Source: a virus
Taxonomy: Duplodnaviria; Caudoviricetes
DNA: 64,000 nt
Strand: one strand, 5' to 3'
IMG/VR virus record: IMGVR_UViG_3300033463_000075
Coordinates: 18,164 to 82,163 of that record
Below the pieces are notes generated by a model that had not been told where the DNA came from, did not search any database, and was given only the letters and a program-made list of their open reading frames with translations. Position 1 is the stretch's first letter. Each line of letters begins with the position of its first letter. Shown here piece after piece: positions 54,930-64,000 of the stretch. A program made the translations under genes and the position numbers.

Positions 54930-55949
54930 CTAATTTTCCTTATTTTCTTCCTTTTTTATTCAGCTTAATATATTATTTTTACTATAAAATACTTTATAAT
55001 TTAATTTATTTGTTAAAGCTTTTGTCTGTTTTCTTATATCTAAATCTGTTCAGGTATATATAGCATTTGTATAATATTTAGATGTTAAAGCTTTTTCTGA
55101 CCATACAGCAAGTTGTTTTTTACAAATATCTGATTCTGGGTTAAATGGCATACCACCATGTGTTCAAGTAATGTTCAATTCAATAAATAAATCTAGTGAC
55201 TTTATATAAAAATCACACTCAAATGGATAACGTGTATCAGTGCTGTAATGTCAAATTACATCTGTGCTGCCATACTTTTCTTGTAGCAGTCTGTAAACTT
55301 CTGCCTCCAACTTTGAAGTATTAAATGTTTTATTTAGCTTTTGTGTTTTATATTTTTTAGCTAACCAACTTTGAGCATTAGCTTTAAGTTCTGTCTTTCT
55401 TTTATGGCTAGCTGAATATGATTTAGCTCCATATTTTTGCAAGCATGTTTCTGAAGCTTTAACTTTATACTCAGATGTCTTTGTATAGCTATTTACGCCA
55501 TATTTTTCTAAACAAGTATTTTTAATTTTTTGTAGGGTAGCTTTGTCCTTTGTTGGGTTATCTACACCAAATTTATCAATCATAGTTTGTTTTAAATTTT
55601 TTAGCATTATAGCTGTTTTTTCCTCTTGAGTATGCTTGGTTATGTTATACTCTACAAAAATTTCATATAAGTGTTTTTCTTTTAAATGAAATTTGCTACA
55701 AGTACTTTTTATATTGTTATCTTTATAAAAATTAATAATAGCTAACTTATCACTTTCTGTAAGATTTGTTTTTCTACTTTGTCCACGACCTCAATTAGCT
55801 GGGTGTCGGCTAATATTATGCTCTAATAGTATTCTATTATAGTTTGGTCTCGATAAACCAAATTTTTGCATAGTACTATTATCACTGTGTGTCACTTGAT
55901 AATTAATTAGTTCGTTTATTTCTTCAGCGTTTAAAACTTTACGCCTCAT
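54930..55949 (-). mobile_element. free-standing homing endonuclease-like gene (339 aa, 5 TGA)
   Basis: EKYGV repeats; YPFECDFYIKSLDLFIELNIT[W]THGG; AIYT[W]TDLD; TGA 55791, 55251, 55164, 55050, 54960; TAG 54930. Confidence 0.8.
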
Positions 55950-56760
55950 CTTTATCCTCACTATCACCAGTATTGGCTGTCATTGTGCCCTTTCCAGTAG
56001 CAGGGTTTTTATTTGAGCCCTTTTGTATTTTTCCTCTGTTCTGAGCCCAGTTATTTATTGTTTCAATAGTATGTCTATCGCTCATAAGGTCTGCATCTTC
56101 TGGAGCTATGCCTTCTTCTACAGCAATATCAGCAGTAACACCATATAGCTTTGGAAAGATTACCTTTAAAAATATATCGTGCATATTTTCATCCAAATAA
56201 AAAATGTAATTCTTTATACAAGAAGCAACCTTCATTAAGAAGTCTTGGTTAGAAAGCACTAAAAGAATATGCTTGCAACCTCTGCCCTTGTCATCTCTTG
56301 GGTTTCTAATTCCAGCCCCAGGACCTGGGTCTTGTGCTGTGTCATCTACAGATACATTATTAACTATATTTCAGTGAGCATAGTTAAACTTATAGTCATC
56401 ACAAGTGCACTTTGTATAAATGTTAGCTGTATTAAAAATCTTTGTTAAAGCTTGTATAATAGTTCTAAATTCAAGCTTATATTTATTATTTTTAATATTT
56501 CTAGCTATTTCAGCACATACACCTTCCATTTTAACTGTAACAGTATAGCTATCAGTCTCGCCTACAACTGGGACATCAAATTGCAATATATCTTGTTTGA
56601 AAAATTTGTTCATGTCCATGGAATTGTAGCTTTTAACTTGATTAGCAATCTTAGAATAGCGTTTTCTTTCAAATCTATTCTTACCACGAGACTTGTCTTT
56701 GTAGTCGCCTACATTTCTTGACTTATTTATTAAGGTTGTACGTGTATCTTCTAATAACAT
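55939..56760 (-). CDS. SWIM-type zinc finger protein (273 aa, 1 TGA)
   Basis: CTCDDYKFNYAH[W]...RNPRDDKGRGCKHIL; start ATG 56760 with SD AGGAG. Confidence 0.75.
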
Positions 56761-56789
56761 ATTTCTCCTGGGCTTTTGAGCCATCAGTA

Positions 56790-56798
56790 TAATTTAGC
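56790..56798 (-). promoter_or_regulatory. GCTAAATTA putative late promoter
   Basis: Exact motif upstream of ATG 56760. Confidence 0.7.
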
Positions 56799-56823
56799 AT
56801 ATTTTTAATAAAAATAAATAAAA

Positions 56824-56849
56824 AAGAAAGCTATTTTTCAAGCTTTCTT
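56824..56849 (-). terminator. intrinsic terminator
   Basis: AAGAAAGCT/AGCTTTCTT 9-bp stem then T-run. Confidence 0.7.
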
Positions 56850-56873
56850 CATTATAATTTCACTATATTTTCG

Positions 56874-58913
56874 CTAAATTTTTATTTGGCCTGTTATATT
56901 GTACATTCTGCCTGGCATTCCTGTTGTAGCCATTGCTTTAAAGTCAAATCTGCCAGGTGTCTTGTTCACACTGACAATAAAATCTTGAGCTTTAAGTATT
57001 CTGCAAATGTAATCAGCATCATTTTCTCTCACATTTGAAATAGTAAACTTACCATAAGCATTTATAAGGGGTTGTGTATGAGCTAATTGAGCAATTTTAA
57101 TTCTGTACTCAGTTATTTGCTTATTTGTTAGCATATCTAAGCCTTCTGGTATATCCTCAAGCTCACTATTAGCTATGTTTTCAATAGTTTCTTCTAAGCT
57201 TAATTCTTTTCCTAAAAGTTCATTCTTTAAATCTTTAAGTCTATCTAAATATCCCTTGTTTCTAATTGTCTTAAAGATAACATTTTCTAAGCCATATTCG
57301 CCTGTTAGTGGAAGGCCAATTTTTCTTAGATTATACAAGTCTTCAATATAAGCATCAATTTCCTTAATTTGTTGTGTCTTAATATCTTCAGCTGCGTCTG
57401 GGTCTGGTTCATAGTACTCTTCAAGCTCGCCTACAGCATCATTTAATACTTGTCTATATCTTTCTTCCCATTTAGCTAATTCAGCATTAAATGCGTCCAT
57501 ATCCATATCAGGAATATTTACATATTTAGGTTCTTGTAGCCATTCTCTATTTAGCACTGAATAAACACCATTGCTTACTCTTGGCGTGCTTTCATCTTCA
57601 ACGTAGATTTCAACTGGGATGTCATAGAAGTCTATATCAAGTCTCTTATTAAATAAGCTTCTATAAGCACTATATAGCTTCGAATATAAATTGTCTGGAC
57701 ATTCTAAGCTATCTGTATCAACTATAATATGTAAGTCTAAATCACTATAAGGTGTATAATTGTAGCTTGCATTTGAGCCAATAATTAAAATGTCTCTTAC
57801 ATTTATTTTAATCTCATCTTCAGCTAAGCCAGCTAAGAAAACATCAACTATTTGTTTAATCTTTTCTTCAACTTCTGGTTTTAACACTTCATCAGCTGTC
57901 CAAAGCTTTGGATTAAGCTCTGTGTGCTTAGCTACTGCATTTGCAGATGGTGCTTCATCAGTATTTTCTACTAGAGCATCTGTATAGTTAGTTCTCATAG
58001 ATTTATTTCCTTTAACTTCTTCACTTATTTCGCATTCATTATTCATATAGCAAGGTCCACAGTCTGTATCCACTTTATGATATTTACTAAGGTCTGAATA
58101 AGCTTCTCAATAAGGAGAACCATGGTAATCATCTCTTGGTATAGCGTCATTAAAACGTCTATTAGTGACTGTTAATATCATGTCTTCTAATTTTATCGAT
58201 GTTTTTAGATTTGTAATAGCTTTTCTAATGAAAGCTACACCATCTTCAGGTGTTTCAAAAACTGGCTCTGACTTAGGACCTCTTCTCTTATATGATGAAC
58301 CTTCTATTGCCATTTGATAAGTGTTGTTTCCAGTCTTTTTGCTAAATACAATAAAACGTGCGCAACCACTCTTACCATAAGCAGGGTCTCTCAAAGTAAT
58401 TCTGTAATAAGGAGATCCTGTTGGGCTAGTTACGACTGGTATATCTTTAGCTTTAGCAGCTGCTTCCTTAGCATCTTTCTCAGCTTTAGCTTGTGCACCA
58501 AAAGCTGTATTTGCTGCTTGATTTCTTAGCTCATTTAATCTTATAGCAATGCTTGGATCCGACAACAAAGCTGGAATGACTGCTTTTATATCAACATCTA
58601 CATTGCCATCAGTATCATGCTTAACATTATCTTTAACATAGCTAAGTGCATCACATTTTTTTAGAAACCCTTTTCAAACAGCACTGCCTGCCGCTGTATT
58701 GCCTTCTGCAAAGCAGTATAATGTAAATAGCACTAATTTCTTTAATTCATCTGATGTATTTCTCTGTCTACCATTTAGCTTACTTTTAGCAATAATTGCA
58801 GCTGGGTTATTTAAGTTATCTCTAACATTTAGGTAGTCAGATAATAATAAGTCAGTATAAGAAATTTTTATATTAGCTATTTCTGGTATTATTACATTTT
58901 CAAATAATAACAT
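56874..58913 (-). CDS. 679-aa protein with Pol-beta-type nucleotidyltransferase domain (2 TGA)
   Basis: TGA 58674 and 58107 fuse three track ORFs; ILIIGSNASYNYTPYSDLDLHI = GS-x9-DxD motif. Confidence 0.8.
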
Positions 58914-58914
58914 A

Positions 58915-61362
58915 TTAGTCTTTTGTTTCCTCTGTATAATCTTCTTCTGGTTCTAAGCCTTGATATTCAGCCATTCTTGCTGGAATTACAAACTTCATAT
59001 TGCAAGCATCACAGCATCTGCCTTCGCTCTTAACTGGCTCAGGATTATTTCCATAGCCATCGATTTCTTCACCACAGATACAGCAGATACCACCTTTAGC
59101 TTCAGTTAATGTTTCACCAAAAGCATTTACTGAATCATAGTCTAAGTCAAATGCTTCATAGATGTCTGGCTCTGTTTCTGGAAGGTCAGCTACAGTTAGT
59201 CTATCTTCGTATTCTTGCTTAACTGGCTCTCTTTCTAAGTTCATATCAGTTCCAGTAAAGTGCTTACGTTTTTCCTCTTTCTTAACGTATAAATCATAGT
59301 CCATAATTCTAACATGATTCTTATCATATAATACGCCTTCATCATAGTAGTATATAATATCATTATTTGTTAGCTTATGTACGTCCTCATTATCAACTAA
59401 GTTCTTTAATGAATAAACAGAACAGTTTTCACCCTTGTCTCCAATAGCAATAAGAGCTTTAATAATACCTGCTTTATTAGCGCAGTAAATATTTTGTGGT
59501 CTTATATAGTATCTTCTAACTTCACGCTTAGCTTCTGTTAAGCTATCAATTTCTTCTTGTAGGTTACTGTCTAAGCTTTCATTTATATCAATGCTGCCTG
59601 CAACAATAGCATCTGTTACAGCTTGCATTATTGTTGGATCAGCAGCAGCTTGAGCTAAATAACTCTTAATGTCATCTTTAGTCAAATCATACTTGTTTGT
59701 TAGATAATCTACAATACATTGCATAGCGCGTGGTGCCTTAACTGCCATAGCATATAATAGCATTAAGACTTGCTTTTTCAAAACAGTATAAGTAGAAGCT
59801 TTATCTTGGTAGTCTTTTAACATTGTTGTAATACCTGCATTATTATATTTATTTTCATAAACATCTAATAATACTGTTGGCTCAACATCAACCGCTGTAA
59901 TTGGGTATTGTGCTTTAGCAGTAGCAATACTTACATGCACTTTTTCTAATAGCAAGCCCCTTCTTCTCATTTCAGCTTCTACAATAGGTAAAGCTCTCTT
60001 TGTAAATCCATAAGCTATACAAACTTTTCTATTTACTTTTAGCTTTTCATCGCTAGCAGCTGCAGCATTAAAACCACGTGTACCATTTTCAAGTTGTCTC
60101 ATTTTATCTACTTGTGCATATTCATCAACAGCTTCACTTAACTCTAAGTCTTCTTTAATAGCTTTGCCTAATGTAGCATAAGGTGTTTTTAAGAAATAAA
60201 TTTGGTTTGTATATAAAGCTCTAACTTGTGGCTTTTGTAATACACCATTAGAAACTTTAGATCTTGTTTCAGCATTTTTATCAGCTACCAAGCTTACTGC
60301 ATCAATAGTAGCAGCATCTGAAGCTAATTGCTTTTCAATCTTTTTAGCTAAATCAATTTCAGACCAAGTTGGTTTTCTTGGTGTGCCGTCTTTCTTTATA
60401 CCATATAATATTTCATCTGTAAATTCTTCAAGCTTTTTGAAAATAGTTTTTTCCAATAGTTCTCTGCTAACTTCAAAATAGCCTTTGCCGTCTTTCAAGT
60501 CTAAGAAGTAAGTTACTACTGGGTGGCTTCCAACTCTTGGATAGAATAATAAAGTATTGTAATTATTTTGTAAAACTGTCTTTTGTTTAACTATTTTATT
60601 TGTACTTGCATAATTTGCTGAAAATTCAGCTTCTTTACCAGCAAGTGGCATTCTATCTAAGTGTCTACCAGCTTCATTACCGATAGCTATAGCATCTTTA
60701 GATACTTGAAGTCTTTTTTCTTTGTTAGCATCATCATTAGCTCTCGCTTCAATATAATCAACACCTGTATATCCAGCTAAGCGAGTGCACTTTAATAGAG
60801 TAAATTTATCAACAAGTTCTGAATAGAAGTAAACTGGAGTTACATAACCAACTTCAAATTCTTCTTCTGGTTCAAGCTTCTCTAACTCAGCTTCAATAGT
60901 AGCTTTGTCAATAATTTTAATATTGTCAGGAAGCTCAATACTTATTCCTAATTTAGCAGCATAAATTTTATCTTCAATTAAATCTATAGCTTCTTGTAAG
61001 CTTTCGCCCATAGCTCCACCACCTTCACCACCAGCAGCTCCGCCATCACCTGCTCCAGCATCTCCTGCGCCTGCATCACCTGCAGCCTCAGCAGCAGCTT
61101 CACCAGGTCCAGCTACATTTACAGTAGCTCCTGTACCGGCATCTATAGCAGCAGCTTCAGCATCAACAGCTGTTTCTACAGCATCAGCTTCTTTTTCTGC
61201 TTCTTTAGTGGCATCTTTTATTTGGTCTTCAAAATCTGTGCCCATTCTCTTATTGAACATTTTGCAGTTATAATCTGGATTTCCAGTTGTGAATGTTAAA
61301 TAGGCTCCGCTGACTTTTCTCTTCTTTTTCTTATCAGCTTCTGTTAAACATAGTTTAATCAT
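58915..61362 (-). CDS. 815-aa multidomain putative internal head protein
   Basis: Ala/Gly linker; repeated L-x-E sites; C-terminal CCICG...GNNPEP...CCDACN Zn module. Confidence 0.75.
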   Translation of the reverse strand: MIKLCLTEADKKKKRKVSGAYLTFTTGNPDYNCKMFNKRMGTDFEDQIKDATKEAEKEADAVETAVDAEAAAIDAGTGATVNVAGPGEAAAEAAGDAGAGDAGAGDGGAAGGEGGGAMGESLQEAIDLIEDKIYAAKLGISIELPDNIKIIDKATIEAELEKLEPEEEFEVGYVTPVYFYSELVDKFTLLKCTRLAGYTGVDYIEARANDDANKEKRLQVSKDAIAIGNEAGRHLDRMPLAGKEAEFSANYASTNKIVKQKTVLQNNYNTLLFYPRVGSHPVVTYFLDLKDGKGYFEVSRELLEKTIFKKLEEFTDEILYGIKKDGTPRKPTWSEIDLAKKIEKQLASDAATIDAVSLVADKNAETRSKVSNGVLQKPQVRALYTNQIYFLKTPYATLGKAIKEDLELSEAVDEYAQVDKMRQLENGTRGFNAAAASDEKLKVNRKVCIAYGFTKRALPIVEAEMRRRGLLLEKVHVSIATAKAQYPITAVDVEPTVLLDVYENKYNNAGITTMLKDYQDKASTYTVLKKQVLMLLYAMAVKAPRAMQCIVDYLTNKYDLTKDDIKSYLAQAAADPTIMQAVTDAIVAGSIDINESLDSNLQEEIDSLTEAKREVRRYYIRPQNIYCANKAGIIKALIAIGDKGENCSVYSLKNLVDNEDVHKLTNNDIIYYYDEGVLYDKNHVRIMDYDLYVKKEEKRKHFTGTDMNLEREPVKQEYEDRLTVADLPETEPDIYEAFDLDYDSVNAFGETLTEAKGGICCICGEEIDGYGNNPEPVKSEGRCCDACNMKFVIPARMAEYQGLEPEEDYTEETKD

Positions 61363-61395
61363 TATTATTTTCTCCTTAACTTGAGCAACGTCATA

Positions 61396-61404
61396 TAATT
61401 TAGC
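61396..61404 (-). promoter_or_regulatory. GCTAAATTA putative late promoter
   Basis: Exact motif upstream of ATG 61362. Confidence 0.7.
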
Positions 61405-61430
61405 AAAAAACTATTCAAATAATAAAAATA

Positions 61431-61454
61431 AAGAGACCTTAGTTAAGGTCTCTT
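61431..61454 (-). terminator. intrinsic terminator
   Basis: Perfect 10-bp stem AAGAGACCTT/AAGGTCTCTT. Confidence 0.8.
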
Positions 61455-61474
61455 CTTATATAGCTTAAATTAGG

Positions 61475-61969
61475 TTAGTTAAAAAGATTAAAAGCTTCTT
61501 GTAAGTCTATTTTTTCATCTTCATCAGCATCTTTTGGTGTTGGTTCATCAAAGTCTGTGAAATATTCAAATGGTTCTTCGACCTTAGCTGGCTCTTCAGC
61601 TTTTTCTTCAACTTCTACTTCACCCTTATCTTCATCTGACTTAACTTCAATTTCTGTTTCTGCATCTTCATCATAGTTTTTAACTTCAATGTTGACATTA
61701 ACATCTTCTTTTAGGGCTTTGTCTTCATCTTCTTCTGGGAATTCAACATAGTCTTTAGCTTCTGCAAAAGCTTCCAATTGGCCAATAGCAATTAAATAGC
61801 TGTCTGCTAAAGCTTGTAGTGTGTCTTCAACTTTCTTTGCGCCTTTATAAGTATTATTAATAGCTTCAATGTCAGCTTTAATATTGCCAACTTCAGCTCA
61901 GCCTCTACTAATTAAGTCTGTTAATAAACTTACAGGTAATGTTTCTTTTGATTCTTTTAATTCTTCCAT
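61475..61969 (-). CDS. acidic hypothetical protein (164 aa, 1 TGA)
   Basis: ATG 61969 with SD GGAG; TGA 61898 (ISRG[W]AEVG). Confidence 0.75.
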
Positions 61970-61981
61970 ATTTTATACTCC

Positions 61982-63904
61982 TTAGTTATAAAAATCACTG
62001 TTCTTAAATTGGAACTGATATGTGCCTTCTCTTCCTCTTAGATGTTTAACTAGGTCAGGTGCACATATACCATTTTTCCAGATATACCATACACAGCCCC
62101 TAACGGTGTGTGATAGCTTATTATATATACTATTCATATCGCCATCTGTCATAATAACTACATTATTAGCACCTGTTGCTTGAATATTTCTGATAATCTT
62201 ATTCCAAGCACTTGTGCCGCCACCAAGGTTTCTGTCATTTTCAGATTGTGATACATTATCAGCAAAGTAGTATAAATTAATTTTTACTTCGCCGTTTCTT
62301 TCAAACTCAGCAATACTTTCAATAGCACGTTTACCAATAGCTGTATCTTGAGCACTCCATGAACCTGATCTATCAAAATAGATGTCTACAACAGGTAAAG
62401 CTTCATCAAGTTCTTGCTTTTCAACATCAGTTTTCATTATGATGTCTTCACTTTCATACTCTGGATTTATTTCGTCATATGTAGCATATGTTTGGTATAC
62501 TAAATCAATTTGGCTCTTAATAGCATTATAGAAGTTAATAGAAAATTCTTTAATACCACCAAATTCACCATGCTTTTGGGCTTCTCTTTCTCTTGCTTTA
62601 ATTTTTTGATGGTCCTTAGTAGCTTCGTCTGAGATTTCCATGTCTAGCTCAGTTTTTAAGTCTGTATCAGAAGCCATTTGTTTAATTCTGCCAATACGTT
62701 GTTTTTTATTTTGAGCATAAATAACTGGCTCAGCTTTATCTATTAAGTCTAATGTATCATTAATTAAATCAGCAAACTCATCATCTTCCAACTCACGAAG
62801 TGTTTTTGAGCCTTCTGTAATTAGCTCTTCAGATAAGCTTTCATTCTTAGCTTTTTTCTTGTTGCCTAATAGGTCATTAAGTGCATCAATAGCACCTCTT
62901 TTTGCTTCTGGGTTAAGCTTGCTAAGTTGCTTAATAATGTCATCTAAATCAGCTTCTTTTGGTTGTTGTGGTTTACCACCTGGTAGTTGTAGTTGAGGTA
63001 TATCTTCATCATCTGCAAAAGGATCTTTTGTAGGTTGGCTATCACTGTCTCCATCACCATCTGAATCAGACTCATCATCGCCATCATCTCCATCTCCACT
63101 GCCACCTTGACTTTGCTTACCTTGTTTATTATTAGAAGACTTGCTAGACTTACCTGAGTTTTTATTGTCATCATTTTCGTCTTCATCGCTGTCATCGCTA
63201 TCTGAGCCATCACCATCAGATTTATCGCCTTTGTCTTGGCTATCTTTACTATCTTTATTATCTTTGCCTTGACCGTCAGCATCATCTTCTGTATCGTCTG
63301 AGCTGCTGTCTTGACCGTCATCACCTTCGTCTCCATCATCATCACTGTTAGATTTATCAGACTTATCAGACTTTTGGTCAGAATCTTCACTGTCAGCTCC
63401 ACCAGCATTGTTATTGTCAGTTTGGTCTGAGTTGCTTTGATGCTCACCTTTTACACTGTCACGTTGTGGTAATTTAGCACCCTTGTCATCAGCCTTCTCA
63501 CCATCATAAGGTGTATCATCATCTTGGTTAGCTTGGCTATCTTGGCCATCTTTATTATCAGACTTCTCTACATCTTCACCTTGCTTATTATTAGCTTTAT
63601 CTGCATCATTTTCATTGTTTGAACTTTGTGAGCTGCTATTTGGCTCATCTTGGTCAATTTTATCAATAGTAGCAGAATTAGCTAACGTAGTCAATTCGTC
63701 AGCTCTATCTGTCAATTTCGCAGCCAAATCAGCATTACCGGCTTCTGCAGCTTTCTTAGCGGCAGCACGAGCACTATTAGCTACTCTTATAAGGTCAATT
63801 ATACGAGAAGAAAGCTTCTTTTCAGACTCAATATCACCTGCTTTAAGTGGTGCTTCATCTAAAATAGCTTCATTTATATTTTTATTTAATCTAATTATCT
63901 TCAT
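61982..63904 (-). CDS. Asp/Ser-rich low-complexity protein with C-terminal VWA-like domain
   Basis: YFDRSGS (MIDAS-like), GGGTS, IMTDGD motifs. Confidence 0.75.
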   Translation of the reverse strand: MKIIRLNKNINEAILDEAPLKAGDIESEKKLSSRIIDLIRVANSARAAAKKAAEAGNADLAAKLTDRADELTTLANSATIDKIDQDEPNSSSQSSNNENDADKANNKQGEDVEKSDNKDGQDSQANQDDDTPYDGEKADDKGAKLPQRDSVKGEHQSNSDQTDNNNAGGADSEDSDQKSDKSDKSNSDDDGDEGDDGQDSSSDDTEDDADGQGKDNKDSKDSQDKGDKSDGDGSDSDDSDEDENDDNKNSGKSSKSSNNKQGKQSQGGSGDGDDGDDESDSDGDGDSDSQPTKDPFADDEDIPQLQLPGGKPQQPKEADLDDIIKQLSKLNPEAKRGAIDALNDLLGNKKKAKNESLSEELITEGSKTLRELEDDEFADLINDTLDLIDKAEPVIYAQNKKQRIGRIKQMASDTDLKTELDMEISDEATKDHQKIKAREREAQKHGEFGGIKEFSINFYNAIKSQIDLVYQTYATYDEINPEYESEDIIMKTDVEKQELDEALPVVDIYFDRSGSWSAQDTAIGKRAIESIAEFERNGEVKINLYYFADNVSQSENDRNLGGGTSAWNKIIRNIQATGANNVVIMTDGDMNSIYNKLSHTVRGCVWYIWKNGICAPDLVKHLRGREGTYQFQFKNSDFYN

Positions 63905-63916
63905 CTATTATATTCC

Positions 63917-64000
63917 CTATTTACTTATCTCACTTAAAACTTTTTGACGGTCAGCATCAGAATATTTGCTATCGCCTAATACTTTCTTAACTTTATCATA
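63917..64000 (-). CDS. 3' end of a gene entering from the right edge
   Basis: ...DKVKKVLGDSKYSDADRQKVLSEISK-TAG. Confidence 0.5.
   Translation of the reverse strand, partial: YDKVKKVLGDSKYSDADRQKVLSEISK

Noticed and set aside
54893-55949. Group I intron splitting terminase
   Set aside because: The terminase reads intact from ATG 54893 with Walker A; the endonuclease gene lies wholly upstream, and no intron core was recognised.
8970-55949. AGG-to-Met reassignment as in some uncultured Bacilli
   Set aside because: The few AGG codons inspected sit in Arg-compatible contexts (FPCAYRG, MRRK); weak test but no support.
7426-56760. Degraded or cryptic prophage with many nonsense mutations
   Set aside because: Interruptions are all TGA, in frame, at Trp-type positions, with no frameshifts; true ends use TAA/TAG.
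43-56784. Track start codons at 570, 1963, 27614 and 56784
   Set aside because: They overlap promoter motifs or upstream genes; downstream ATGs (531, 1867, 27590, 56760) have SD sites.
56873-56880. Plus-strand GCTAAATT copy (similar ones at 486 and 43160)
   Set aside because: Opposite orientation, inside or at the end of CDS, and no downstream plus-strand gene.
46575-61454. Shared AAGAGACC/GGTCTCTT stem in two terminators as a mobile repeat
   Set aside because: Only an 8-bp stem is shared; consistent with reuse of a strong terminator.
22021-63917. Recurring GGAATATAAT just before start codons as a promoter
   Set aside because: It lies 3-8 nt from the ATG, so it is better explained as this phage's SD-plus-spacer habit than as a -10 box.
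1275-63919. TAG-to-Gln recoding (code 15)
   Set aside because: TAG ends at least ten genes properly, including MCP and sheath, right before SD sites or terminators.
1-64000. Suppressor tRNA, other RNA genes or CRISPR array
   Set aside because: No cloverleaf or repeat-spacer pattern seen; intergenic gaps are short and explained by terminators and promoters. tRNAscan was not run.

Overview
AT-rich (roughly 30% GC by eye) segment of a large T4-like contractile-tailed (myovirus-type) phage genome. Nearly all genes are on the minus strand. The window covers the head module (terminase, portal, protease-scaffold, gp23-like major capsid), neck and tail (gp13/14/15-like, sheath, tube, chaperone, tape measure), the baseplate, and putative internal head proteins. 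The supplied ORF track is fragmented because this phage reads TGA as tryptophan (code 4). About 90 in-frame TGAs (manual count) join track fragments into intact genes and fall on conserved Trp positions, while every true gene end I checked is TAA or TAG. Re-reading in code 4 exposes a ~14 kb accessory island between the capsid and neck genes. It holds ten tandem BspA-type leucine-rich-repeat paralogs that share a C-terminal cap, one of them fused to an ADP-ribosyltransferase-like domain. Three glycosyltransferase genes follow, including a 954-aa FrhB-like/pyruvyltransferase/GT8 fusion with 15 TGAs. Other signals are a recurrent GCTAAATTA late-promoter-like motif, a shared N-terminal capsid-targeting-like peptide, a candidate chaperone frameshift, and a non-random distribution of TGA codons. 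I saw no tRNA, rRNA, CRISPR array or lysis gene. All family assignments are by motif recognition; no database searches were run.
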